From a virus (Duplodnaviria; Caudoviricetes): a stretch of DNA of 34,453 bases. The stretch lies in the IMG/VR virus record IMGVR_UViG_3300049049_000057, positions 1 to 34,453 of that record. One strand, given 5' to 3'. The notes below the pieces were generated by a model. It was not told the origin of the DNA, searched no databases, and was given only the letters and a program-made list of their open reading frames with translations. A program made the position numbers and the translations under genes. Shown here one piece after another: positions 22,726 through 31,544 of this stretch (position 1 is the first letter of the stretch; each line of letters starts with the position of its first letter).

Positions 22726-24480
22726 ATGAGCGCTGACAATTTCGACGGCGGCGGCTGGATGACCAACTGGGGTAATTCAGGGGTCAACAACCCCTGGCAA
22801 ACCCCGGCACCGGCACCCGCCGCGGCCCCTGCTGCTGCGCCCGCTTACGGCGGTGGGTTTGCCCCTCAGCAAGACCTGGGCGGCTGGAACCCCGGCACGA
22901 ACATGTCGGCGGGCCAAGCGCCCACGAACATGGGTGCAGCCGCAACCACAGCGGCGAACAATTGGTTTGGCAGCGCCAGTGCGCCACCTCCAGCACCTGC
23001 GGCAGATCAAGGCTTTGGCGGGTTCTACGACATGTACAACACTGGCGCAGGCACGACCACCAACAGCACCCGCCCCACTGCTGCACCCGGCACGCAAGCC
23101 CCTGCAGCCGCTGCGCCACAAGGCGGCACGCCTGCCACAGGCGCATACCGCACGCCCGACTGGCTCCGCAACTCGGCGCTGATGCTCGACCAAACCCCCG
23201 AGACGCAGGCGGCCTTCTTCGCGGCAAATCCTCAGTACAAGGAGGATTGGGACCGCATCCGCGCGGGTGGCAATTCCGCCTTCGCGACCGATGGCTCCAC
23301 GCTCGTCCGGTCGAACTTCAACAACATGAGCCCCGAGGCTGCCGCGTACTACCGCGACAACCAAGCAGCGTTGCTGGCAAACGAAGGCTTCGGCCACGAC
23401 CCAACCCTGGCGTACATGAACTACTTCGGTGGTGCGGGGAGCATTGGTGCCAATGCCAAAGACACCAACATGTCCACCTACCTGCAAAACAACCGGTGGA
23501 CACCCAACGGCATCCAGGGCGGTGCGAACAACCCCTTGATGTACGCCCGCACTGCCTACGGTGCGGGCACGGCATCCATGCGGCAAGGGCAGGGCGGGCA
23601 ACCCGGTGGCGGTAGTCCCGGCTCAGGCGCACCCACGGGCGGCGTCTATCCCCAGCCCTACGGCGGCGGTGGCAGCCCTGGCGCTGGCGCTCCAACCGGT
23701 GGGGTGTACCCACAGCCCTACGGCGGCATCGGTGGCGGTGCGCCTACCGGTGGTGTCATGCCTGCCCCCGGTGGTGGCGGGTCGTTCAGCATGTCCAGTG
23801 GCCCTGCCGGTCAGAACCCCTATCTCCAGCAGATGGGCGACGTGATGGCCGGGCAGATGACGCAGAACTTCAATCGCAACGTCATGCCACGCCTGAACAG
23901 CCAGGCCATGGCCTCCGGTGGCATGGGCGGGTCGCGTCAAGGTGTGCTGGAAGCCAATGCGGTCAACGACCTCAACACGCAAGTTGGCAACGCTCTGACC
24001 AACCTCTACGGCTCCGGCTTCAACACATCACTGAACTACGACCTCGGCTTGCGCAACAACGCCACAGCCTACGACCTGGGACTGCGAAACAACCAGCTGG
24101 GCTGGGGCAATCTCGACCTGGGTTATGCCAACCTCGACCGCAACATCAACAACGACAACAACAACTGGCAGCTGCAGGGCGCGAACTTCGGCCTGGGCTT
24201 GCAAGACCGGTTGATGGGCTACGGCCAGGTGGGTCTTGGTATCGGCAACCAGATCAACGACCAGGCATACCAAAACTGGCTGCGCTTCTCGCAAGGGGCC
24301 AACAGCCTGGGCAATGGTTACGGCACCTCCACGGGCTCGCAAACGCAACCCGGCAACGTCATCGGCGGCGCACTGGGTGGGGCGCAGCTGGGCTCGCGCA
24401 TCGGCAACTGGTGGGGCGGGCAAGGTGGCGGCGGCGGTGGTGCCAATTGGTACAGCGGCAACCAGGGCATGGGCGACTGA
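22726..24480 (+). CDS. Gly/Asn/Gln-rich putative ejection (internal virion) protein, 584 aa
   Basis: AGGAG RBS; NPYLQQM...GGSRQGVLE...GGALGGAQLG; position. Confidence 0.7.
   Translation: MSADNFDGGGWMTNWGNSGVNNPWQTPAPAPAAAPAAAPAYGGGFAPQQDLGGWNPGTNMSAGQAPTNMGAAATTAANNWFGSASAPPPAPAADQGFGGFYDMYNTGAGTTTNSTRPTAAPGTQAPAAAAPQGGTPATGAYRTPDWLRNSALMLDQTPETQAAFFAANPQYKEDWDRIRAGGNSAFATDGSTLVRSNFNNMSPEAAAYYRDNQAALLANEGFGHDPTLAYMNYFGGAGSIGANAKDTNMSTYLQNNRWTPNGIQGGANNPLMYARTAYGAGTASMRQGQGGQPGGGSPGSGAPTGGVYPQPYGGGGSPGAGAPTGGVYPQPYGGIGGGAPTGGVMPAPGGGGSFSMSSGPAGQNPYLQQMGDVMAGQMTQNFNRNVMPRLNSQAMASGGMGGSRQGVLEANAVNDLNTQVGNALTNLYGSGFNTSLNYDLGLRNNATAYDLGLRNNQLGWGNLDLGYANLDRNINNDNNNWQLQGANFGLGLQDRLMGYGQVGLGIGNQINDQAYQNWLRFSQGANSLGNGYGTSTGSQTQPGNVIGGALGGAQLGSRIGNWWGGQGGGGGGANWYSGNQGMGD
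23605..23769 (+). repeat. 60-bp coding tandem repeat (2 full plus 1 partial)
   Basis: GGGSPG(S/A)GAPTGGVYPQPYG twice, then GIGGGAPTGGVMPAP. Confidence 0.9.
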
Positions 24481-24836
24481 TGCACTACACGCCCAGCACC
24501 ATCCCCGCCGAGGCGGTGGACGCGCTGCGCCCCGCCTTCGATTACTCGGACGACCAGTACGTAGAAGACTGGATCGAGCTTTGCAAACAAGACCAGGCCC
24601 AACTCTGGCGCCTGAATGACTACTGGCTGATCTCCACCGTGGTCCGCACAAAGCACGGCCTCGCCATTGACCTCAAGTTCAGCGCCGGGGTCTACGAACC
24701 TAGCCTGATCGACGAAGCCAACGCATGGGCCAAGTCCATCGGCTGCACCCGCTCTTACTTCTCAGGCCGCCCGGGCTGTGCCCGCCGTCGCCCCGACTAC
24801 CGCATCCGTTGCATCACCGCAGAAAAGGAAATTTGA
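24480..24836 (+). CDS. GNAT-like virion assembly protein (P22 gp14 / T7 gp13 position)
   Basis: 118 aa; AWAKSIGC...SGRPG(C)ARR motif; between ejection genes. Confidence 0.65.
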   Translation: MHYTPSTIPAEAVDALRPAFDYSDDQYVEDWIELCKQDQAQLWRLNDYWLISTVVRTKHGLAIDLKFSAGVYEPSLIDEANAWAKSIGCTRSYFSGRPGCARRRPDYRIRCITAEKEI

Positions 24837-24837
24837 T

Positions 24838-25620
24838 ATGCCAGCAGCAATCCTCGGCCCCATCGCAGGCTCTGTCGTCGGCGGTTTGATGAGCGGCGAC
24901 GAAGAACAGACGCAAAGCCAGTCCCGCGAACCCTGGGCGCCTATTCAGCCGTGGCTGCGCGACCTGGCGAGCGAGGGTCAGTCCCTCAACCGCTACTACC
25001 AGCAAAACCCCTTCAACTCGGTACAGCGGACCAGCATGCAAAACATGCTGGGCGATATCGACAACTTCCGGTCGAACATCAACCCGGGGATGATGGCCTT
25101 TGCCAACCGCCTGATGAACTCCAACTACTCGCGCAACGGCGGCAACTCCGGGCGCGGAGGTGGTGGTGGGGGTTACGGCGGCAGCATGGGCGGAATGAGC
25201 GGTGGCGGCGGTGGTGGTGGTCAAGGCCCCGCCTCGCAAGGTGGCGACATGGGCGGCTTGCTGGGCGGCATGTTCGACGCGCAAATGGCTGCACGTGGTG
25301 CCCCCCGGGAAACGATGGGCGACATTGACCAGTTCATCGCCTCGGCTACCGGCGCGCTGAGCCCTGGCGCCACCATGGCCCCTGGCATGCAAAACCAGTC
25401 AGGCGGCAAGGGCGGCGCCAGCGGCCCCTTCCGTGCCAACCCCGGCCAAATGTATGGCCTGCTGGATTGGGCCGAACTCAACCCCTTCACCGCAACCAAC
25501 GGCATTCGCCCTCCAGCGCCTCCACCTGCAGCAGACCCAGCAGCGGCCCGCCAGCGCGAGGACGAGGAAGAAGCCTTGCGCCGGTACATGGAATCGGAGC
25601 GCGGCGGCGCGGGAGCTTAA
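24838..25620 (+). CDS. Putative ejection/pilot protein (gp7-like, 260 aa)
   Basis: Hydrophobic Gly-rich N-terminus then QTQSQSREPWAPIQPWL; AAGGA RBS. Confidence 0.7.
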   Translation: MPAAILGPIAGSVVGGLMSGDEEQTQSQSREPWAPIQPWLRDLASEGQSLNRYYQQNPFNSVQRTSMQNMLGDIDNFRSNINPGMMAFANRLMNSNYSRNGGNSGRGGGGGGYGGSMGGMSGGGGGGGQGPASQGGDMGGLLGGMFDAQMAARGAPRETMGDIDQFIASATGALSPGATMAPGMQNQSGGKGGASGPFRANPGQMYGLLDWAELNPFTATNGIRPPAPPPAADPAAARQREDEEEALRRYMESERGGAGA

Positions 25621-25623
25621 GCC

Positions 25624-27171
25624 ATGGCAGGACTACTCGACTTCGCAGGATCGTCGCCCTCCGGTGGCGGTGGGCTGCTCGACTTCGTTTTCAACGACCC
25701 GGGTGCACGTGCGGGGCTGACCATGCTGGGCGCAAGCTCGCCGAAATACGGGCGGGGTCTGCTTGCAGCCATGCAGGCGCAGGACACAGCCCAGCAACAA
25801 GCCATGCAGCGGCAGCTTTTGCAATCGCAGATCGCGGAGAACTCCGCGCAGTCCAAGATGCGCGAGCAGCAACTTGCGATGGCGCAGCAAAAGCAGGCCA
25901 TGCTGTCTAACCTGTTTGGCGGTGGTGGCGGGTCGCCTTTGGGGGGCGTTACTACTGGGGGCGGCATCAACGCCCAAGCTCCGGCAAGTGGCGGACTTCA
26001 AAACATGACCTTGGATCAAGTAGCAATGCTTAAGGCCAATGGCATTGATCTATCCGACCTTTGGAAGGCCGGGCGCGAAGGCTTCAAGCGCGAGGCTGGG
26101 GCGTACTACGAAGACGTCAATCGCAACACTCAGTACATGCCCAAGCTCGACAACGGCATGGCAGTGTCAAATGGACAAGTGGTTGTTGCCCCTGGCTATG
26201 CACAAGCAAACGCGGGAATCAAGGGTGCAGAGGCAGGCTCTGTAGAAGCAGCGAAGTTCCCATTCGCCGTGGGCCAGGACTCCGTGCGGCAGAACCTTAC
26301 GGCACGCCTGGACGCGACCAAGGTATACAACCCTCAGACGGGCCGCGAGGAGTTTGTGCCTCGCGCAGCAGTGGTCGCACAACCCCAGTACTCCGGCGCT
26401 GGCTACAACGGCGGCTCTGCGGCCAATGCGGCTGTTGAGCAATTGCAGATTATGCAGAGCGAGTTGAACAAGCTGCCTCAAGGGCATCCGGATCGACCAG
26501 CACTCATGCGCGAGATGCAGCGTCTTGGCGGTGGGCAGCAGGCGTCGCAGTCTGGCAACTTCGCAGCAGGCCCCAGCGCGGCAGAGACTGCGGCCAACGA
26601 AGCGGCACGCACGCGGGCTGTCAACACTGCAGCGGCAGACGTTGTGCGCGACACGGATTCGCGCACCAAGGTGCGAAGCGCCAAGGAGAACCTGACCAAT
26701 GCGGACCGCGCTATTGAGCTTTTGCAGCTCGGTCCTACGGGCAGCGCAGTCGGCGCGTTGGTAGACAAGGGCGCAGCGGTGTTTGGCAAGTCCACTCCGG
26801 GTGGCAACATCGCGGCGCAGCTGGATATCGTGTCTGCCAACATGGTGAAGAACGTCCCGCGTTTTGAGGGTCCTCAGTCGAACATCGATGTGGAAGGCTA
26901 CAAGGCTGCAGCGGGCCGGGTGGCAGATCGTTCTCTCCCTATCGAGCAGCGCCTGGCAGCGGCTCAAGAGGTCAAATACTTCGAGCAGAAAGCATTGCGC
27001 CAAGCGGGCGGCGGTGCATCGGGTTCTTGGGACGAACCCGAGAAGAAGGAAACCGGCAAGCAGCGCGAGTTTTCCATGCTACCCAATGCCAAACAGTTTG
27101 ACGGCAAACGGATGCAGGCCCCTGATGGGTCTGTCTACCGCAGCCGTGGCGGCGAGTGGGTCAAGGAGTAG
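25624..27171 (+). CDS. Putative ejection protein (gp20-like, 515 aa)
   Basis: Q/A-rich; VPRFEGPQSNIDV motif; position. Confidence 0.75.
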   Translation: MAGLLDFAGSSPSGGGGLLDFVFNDPGARAGLTMLGASSPKYGRGLLAAMQAQDTAQQQAMQRQLLQSQIAENSAQSKMREQQLAMAQQKQAMLSNLFGGGGGSPLGGVTTGGGINAQAPASGGLQNMTLDQVAMLKANGIDLSDLWKAGREGFKREAGAYYEDVNRNTQYMPKLDNGMAVSNGQVVVAPGYAQANAGIKGAEAGSVEAAKFPFAVGQDSVRQNLTARLDATKVYNPQTGREEFVPRAAVVAQPQYSGAGYNGGSAANAAVEQLQIMQSELNKLPQGHPDRPALMREMQRLGGGQQASQSGNFAAGPSAAETAANEAARTRAVNTAAADVVRDTDSRTKVRSAKENLTNADRAIELLQLGPTGSAVGALVDKGAAVFGKSTPGGNIAAQLDIVSANMVKNVPRFEGPQSNIDVEGYKAAAGRVADRSLPIEQRLAAAQEVKYFEQKALRQAGGGASGSWDEPEKKETGKQREFSMLPNAKQFDGKRMQAPDGSVYRSRGGEWVKE

Positions 27172-27173
27172 GC

Positions 27174-28808
27174 ATGGCCGGATACGTACTTTTGGACGAC
27201 GAGGCCCCATCCCCAAAGAAGGGGTATGTTTTGCTGGACGACGATCCGGCTCCACCATCGTCACTCTCTCGCATGGACAAGTTCGCGCGCGGACTGCGAG
27301 ACCCTATTGATGGGGGCGCCCAGCTGCTCACCAACATGCTGCCGCGCGGCGTTGTGCAAGCGGGCAACGCGGCAAACAACTGGCTGGCCGACAAGACCGG
27401 GCTAGTGGGGCGCCTGCCCGAAGGTGGCGTGGATCAGCAAGTGCGCGACAGCGATGCCGCCTATCAATCCGCACGCGGCAGGGACGCAGGAATTGACGGT
27501 TACCGCATCCTGGGTAACGTCCTGAATCCGGCCAACGTCGCTTTGGGCGCGCAGCTTCCTGCGGCGGCATCTTTGGCGGGCCGCATCGGTGTGGGCGCTG
27601 CGGGTGGCGCGGCTTCCAGCTTGCTAAACCCTGTTGCACAAGGCGACTTCGCCACCGAGAAGGCGAAACAGCTTGCCATCGGTACGGCTGGCGGCGCTGC
27701 AGTTCCCGCCATCGCGGGCGCTGTCGGTCGGATGATCAGCCCTGCAGCTTCCCGCAACCCACAGTTGCAGGCCCTGCGCGCTGAGGGCGTCAATCCGACG
27801 ATTGGGCAAACCCTCGGGGGAGCTTGGAACCGCGCGGAAGAAAAGGCCATGAGCTTGCCCATCATGGGCGACATGATCGCCAGGGCGCGCAGCGGTGCCT
27901 TGGACGACTTCAACAACGCCGCCATCAATCGCGCCACAGCCCCCATTGGATCAAAGGTCCAAGGCTCAGGGCAGCAGGCCGTTGCAGAGGCTGGCGATGC
28001 GCTCTCTGGCGCTTACAACGCGGCGCGGGACAAGCTGGGGAATTTCGCCATCGACCGACAAGGGGCGCAAGAAATCACCTCGGTGCTGCAGATGGCAAAG
28101 GCGCTTCCAAAGCAGGAGCAGGCCGCGTTCAATGCGGTGGTCAACAAGATCAAGGGGGATATCTCGCCCAACGGCACGGTGACTGCCGATGTGTTCAAGC
28201 GCATTGATAGCACGCTCGGGAAAGAGGCTTCCAAATTCTCCGGCGCGCAGGATGCCTACCAACAGCAACTGGGAACCGCATTCCAGGAACTGCAGCGCGT
28301 GGTGCTGGAGAACGCCAAGCGTGCCAACCCCGATGCGGCGGCCATGTTCAAGGCCGCTGATAAGGGCTGGGCAAATTTGGTCCGGGTCGAAGGCGCGTCA
28401 AAGGCCGGGCTGAACAATGGCGGGGTGTTCACGCCTGCCCAGTTGCAGATGGCCGTGCGGCAGGCCGATCAGAGCGTGCGCGATCGTGCGACTGCGCGAG
28501 GCACCGCCCTGATGCAGGACCTCTCTGGCGCTGGTCAATCCGTGCTGGGTAACAGGGTCCCGAACAGTGCGACGGCGGATCGCCTCATGCTGGGTGCTGG
28601 TGGGTTGGGCGCGGGCCTGATCAACCCGGCTATCCCGCTCGGTTTGCTAGGTGGCGCTGCGATGTACACCAAGCCGATGCAGGGCCTGCTTAGCTCTGCC
28701 GTAGCCTCGCGCCCCGGCTCTGCCCAGGCTATACGCCAATCGCTGCTCCAAGCATCTCCCGGTCTCATCCCTGCGGGCGCTCAAGTAGGCCTTGGTCTTC
28801 TTGAATAG
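27174..28808 (+). CDS. Putative large ejection protein (gp16-like, 544 aa)
   Basis: AAGGAG RBS; Ala/Gly-rich membrane-active segments, PTIGQTLGG, VPNSATADR. Confidence 0.75.
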   Translation: MAGYVLLDDEAPSPKKGYVLLDDDPAPPSSLSRMDKFARGLRDPIDGGAQLLTNMLPRGVVQAGNAANNWLADKTGLVGRLPEGGVDQQVRDSDAAYQSARGRDAGIDGYRILGNVLNPANVALGAQLPAAASLAGRIGVGAAGGAASSLLNPVAQGDFATEKAKQLAIGTAGGAAVPAIAGAVGRMISPAASRNPQLQALRAEGVNPTIGQTLGGAWNRAEEKAMSLPIMGDMIARARSGALDDFNNAAINRATAPIGSKVQGSGQQAVAEAGDALSGAYNAARDKLGNFAIDRQGAQEITSVLQMAKALPKQEQAAFNAVVNKIKGDISPNGTVTADVFKRIDSTLGKEASKFSGAQDAYQQQLGTAFQELQRVVLENAKRANPDAAAMFKAADKGWANLVRVEGASKAGLNNGGVFTPAQLQMAVRQADQSVRDRATARGTALMQDLSGAGQSVLGNRVPNSATADRLMLGAGGLGAGLINPAIPLGLLGGAAMYTKPMQGLLSSAVASRPGSAQAIRQSLLQASPGLIPAGAQVGLGLLE

Positions 28809-28871
28809 CCAGGAATAGATTGGGATCACCGCGCCCACAGCTGCAGCGCGGACCATTTCGTCAGTTGTCAT
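28647..28871 (-). CDS. Putative antisense small membrane-associated protein (74 aa)
   Basis: AGGAG RBS 5 nt upstream of ATG; MVRAAAVGAVIPIYSWLF then basic tail; overlaps 3' end of ejection gene. Confidence 0.5.
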   Translation of the reverse strand: MTTDEMVRAAAVGAVIPIYSWLFKKTKAYLSARRDETGRCLEQRLAYSLGRAGARGYGRAKQALHRLGVHRSAT

Positions 28872-28894
28872 GCCCGCTCCTAGCGGGCTTTTTT
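28872..28894 (+). terminator. Terminator between virion and lysis genes
   Basis: GCCCGCT-CCT-AGCGGGC-TTTTTT. Confidence 0.85.
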
Positions 28895-28932
28895 ACGCCC
28901 GTCCGGGGCATTTTAGAGGAACAGGTAGCCAG

Positions 28933-29178
28933 ATGAGCAATCCAGCAGCAGAAAACGCGGGCATCGTTGCCGGGAAAATCGCCACATACGCCGGGGGCGG
29001 TAGTGCCGTGATCTTCGGGCTGACCTTGAACGAGGTGGGGGTGTTGGTCGGCATGTTCGTCGGTCTAGCGGGGTTGGGCCTCAGTCAGTACTGGTCGTGG
29101 AAGAAGGACCGCAGGGAGATGCGCGAGTCAGAAAAGCGCATGAAAAGCGAGTTCGGGTCGTCCTGGGACAAGCTATGA
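28933..29178 (+). CDS. Holin (HP1-like)
   Basis: TYAGGGSAVIFGLTLNEVGVLVGMFVGLAGL...YW plus charged C-terminus; upstream of endolysin. Confidence 0.85.
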   Translation: MSNPAAENAGIVAGKIATYAGGGSAVIFGLTLNEVGVLVGMFVGLAGLGLSQYWSWKKDRREMRESEKRMKSEFGSSWDKL

Positions 29179-29648
29179 CCCTGGAAGAAATCACCCGCAC
29201 CGCGATCAACCCGGCACTGGCGCTTCTGCCCGGCCACATGGACAGCCCCCAGGCCCGTTTGATGCTGCTCACCATCGGGCTGCAGGAAAGCCGCTTCCTG
29301 TTCCGCCGCCAGATGGGCAATGGCCCCGCCCGTGGGTTTTGGCAGTTTGAACGAGGCGGCGGGGTGAAGGGGTGCATGACACACCACGCCAGCAAGGACC
29401 ATCTCCGCCGTCTGTGTGTCGCCCGCAATGTCCCGTTTGAGGCCGATGCGATCTGGCGCACGCTGGAGACAGACGATGTGCTGGCGGCAGGTCTCGCCCG
29501 GCTGCTGCTGTGGACCGACCCCCACAAGCTCCCAGCTCTGAACGATGTTGACGGTTCTTGGGAGTTGTACCTGCGGACATGGCGCCCCGGTAAACCCCAC
29601 GTGCGCACCTGGGCCGATCTCCACCGCCAAGCCCTGGAGGCTCTATGA
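29175..29648 (+). CDS. Endolysin (lysozyme-like fold)
   Basis: LQES (catalytic Glu), GPARGFWQFE, YLRTWRPGKP; between holin and spanins. Confidence 0.8.
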   Translation: MTLEEITRTAINPALALLPGHMDSPQARLMLLTIGLQESRFLFRRQMGNGPARGFWQFERGGGVKGCMTHHASKDHLRRLCVARNVPFEADAIWRTLETDDVLAAGLARLLLWTDPHKLPALNDVDGSWELYLRTWRPGKPHVRTWADLHRQALEAL

Positions 29649-29851
29649 CCGACAAAGACCGCTGGAAGAACCGCCGTCGCATGGCCTGGCTGGCGCTCTT
29701 TGCCGGGCTGGCCTTCCCGGGCCTACTGCTCTACACCGACAGCGCCCAGCTGGGGGCCATTGCCGCACCGTTCTACACCTTCGCCGGAGCAGTCGTAGCG
29801 GCATACATCGGATTCGCCACCTGGGACGACAAGGGCAAGGAGCCGACATGA
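29645..29851 (+). CDS. Second small two-TM lysis-cassette protein (holin/antiholin-like)
   Basis: Basic N-terminus WKNRRRMAW, two hydrophobic segments, YIGFATWDD; ATGA overlaps. Confidence 0.7.
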   Translation: MTDKDRWKNRRRMAWLALFAGLAFPGLLLYTDSAQLGAIAAPFYTFAGAVVAAYIGFATWDDKGKEPT

Positions 29852-30309
29852 TCTACACGCACGCCGCCGCCGCCATCGGTGGGGCCGTCATCGCCGGGGC
29901 ACTGTCCTGGCAGGTTCAAGGCTGGAGACTGGGCGAGCAGATCGCCAGCATCCAGCAGGCCCACGCCGAAGCATCTACCAAGGCGCAAGCTGACACACGC
30001 GCTGCCGAACAAGCCTTTGCCCAGCAACTCCAGAAAGCACACGATGAATCTGCCCAACGCGAAACGAAGCTGCGTTCTGACGCTGCTGCTGCCCGCCGCA
30101 CTGCTGACGGGCTGCGCAGCACCATCTACCAATTTCGTGCCGACCTCCCCAGCGCTGCCCCCGCCACCATCCTTGCGCGAGCCGATACCGCAGCAGAGCT
30201 ACTCGGAACGTGCGCGGACGAATATCGAAGCGTGGCAGAAGCGGCTGATCGGCACGCAGCCGACTCAGTAATGCTCAGGGATGCGTGGCCGTCACAGATA
30301 CAAAAGTGA
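29848..30309 (+). CDS. Rz: Inner-membrane spanin
   Basis: N-terminal TM (WQVQGWR), Ala-rich coiled coil, late Cys. Confidence 0.85.
   Translation: MIYTHAAAAIGGAVIAGALSWQVQGWRLGEQIASIQQAHAEASTKAQADTRAAEQAFAQQLQKAHDESAQRETKLRSDAAAARRTADGLRSTIYQFRADLPSAAPATILARADTAAELLGTCADEYRSVAEAADRHAADSVMLRDAWPSQIQK
30044..30271 (+). CDS. Rz1: Outer-membrane spanin lipoprotein embedded in Rz (+1 frame)
   Basis: LLTG-C lipobox, Pro-rich PALPPPPS, fully nested in Rz. Confidence 0.85.
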   Translation: MNLPNAKRSCVLTLLLPAALLTGCAAPSTNFVPTSPALPPPPSLREPIPQQSYSERARTNIEAWQKRLIGTQPTQ

Positions 30310-30464
30310 TACGACGCTTGGAAACACTCTCTTTGGCGACCCATTGAACTACGAGGAGGTGGGCCGGATTCTATCCGCTTGCGACCGCGTTTATATAGTG
30401 CTGCTGTACCATGGCGTATCGGCGTATTACTGTTTCAGTGATACTGGAAAAGATACGTATCACT
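30305..30464. other. attP region: core resembling a tRNA 5' end (30341-30358, minus strand) plus AGTGATAC arm-type repeats
   Basis: Minus strand CTCCTCG-TA-GTTC-AATGG; AGTGATAC at 30305 and 30437, inverted GTATCACT at 30457; directly upstream of int. Confidence 0.7.
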
Positions 30465-30470
30465 ATCAGC

Positions 30471-31544
30471 ATGGCAAGCATCATTCAAGTCGGCGCAAAG
30501 TGGCGCGCGCTGATCCGGCGCAAAGGCCACCCATCATACTGTCAGACGTTCGCGACCAAGGCCCAAGCGCAGGCCTGGGCGCGTGGGATTGAGGCTGATA
30601 TCGACCGAGGCCAGACGTTGGCGCCAAAGGCTGTGTTGGGGAAAGTGGTACTCGTATCACACCTGATCGATACGTATCGCAAGCTGCGAGCTAAGTCGCG
30701 CCCTATCGAGGACACGGCTAACGAGCATTACATGCTCAAGACTCTGGACCGTTACCTGGGCAAGCTGGACGCTTCTCGACTGTCGCCTGCAGACCTTGTC
30801 GCTTATGCGCAGAGCCGCAAAGAAGAAGACGGTGCCGGGCCGTACACCGTGAATATGGATATCTCCAAGCTCGGGACGGTCATGCGTTTAGCTGGAGTCC
30901 ACCTCAAGATCACCTTGCCAGACGTAGTTGGACAGGCCCGCCCGTTGCTCTCTCATATGCGCCTCATCGGCGGCGGTGGTAAGCGCGAACGCAGGCCCGA
31001 TGAGGATGAATTGCTTAGGATTGTGGAATGGCTGGAGACTCATCGAGGCCGCGTCTACGCTGATGTGGTCAGCTTTGCGGTGATGACCGCCATGCGTCGC
31101 GGAGAGATTGTCCGCGTGGAGTGGAGCGGGCTGGATCCAGCAAAAAAGCTGATCCTCATAAAAGACCGTAAAGACCCAAGAAATAAGAGCGGCAACGACC
31201 AATGGGTGCCGCTGCTAGGGGGGGCGTGGGAACTGGTCCGAGCGCAACCTCGTGAACCGGATGAGACGCGCATCTTTCCCATCCACGAACAGACCCTTAG
31301 CAAATACTTCAAAGAGGCGTGCAACGCGCTTTCTATTCCAGACCTCCATTTCCATGACCTGCGCCACGAGGGTATCTCCCGCTTGTTTGAACAGGGGTTT
31401 GATATTCCTCGGGTCGCATTGGTCAGTGGCCACAAGAGTTGGAACAACCTCAGGCGCTATGCGCAGCTGAAGCCTGAAGACCTCCACCGTGGAGCTGGCG
31501 CGCCTCCTGACGGCGCTGGTCCAGATACTCCGCGACGTCCCTGA
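30471..31544 (+). CDS. int: Tyrosine recombinase/integrase (Rci/dusA-associated-integrase-like N-terminus)
   Basis: TAMRRGEI (R), KDP (K), HDLRH, VSGH, RRY; N-terminal WRALIRRKG...TFATKAQAQAWAR. Confidence 0.95.
   Translation: MASIIQVGAKWRALIRRKGHPSYCQTFATKAQAQAWARGIEADIDRGQTLAPKAVLGKVVLVSHLIDTYRKLRAKSRPIEDTANEHYMLKTLDRYLGKLDASRLSPADLVAYAQSRKEEDGAGPYTVNMDISKLGTVMRLAGVHLKITLPDVVGQARPLLSHMRLIGGGGKRERRPDEDELLRIVEWLETHRGRVYADVVSFAVMTAMRRGEIVRVEWSGLDPAKKLILIKDRKDPRNKSGNDQWVPLLGGAWELVRAQPREPDETRIFPIHEQTLSKYFKEACNALSIPDLHFHDLRHEGISRLFEQGFDIPRVALVSGHKSWNNLRRYAQLKPEDLHRGAGAPPDGAGPDTPRRP

Noticed and set aside
23605-23769. CRISPR-like array
   Set aside because: Contiguous in-frame coding repeats with synonymous divergence and no spacers; no cas genes
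30310-30470. dusA attachment site
   Set aside because: No sequence encoding the dusA N-terminal APM motif on either strand; a tRNA 5' end fits better
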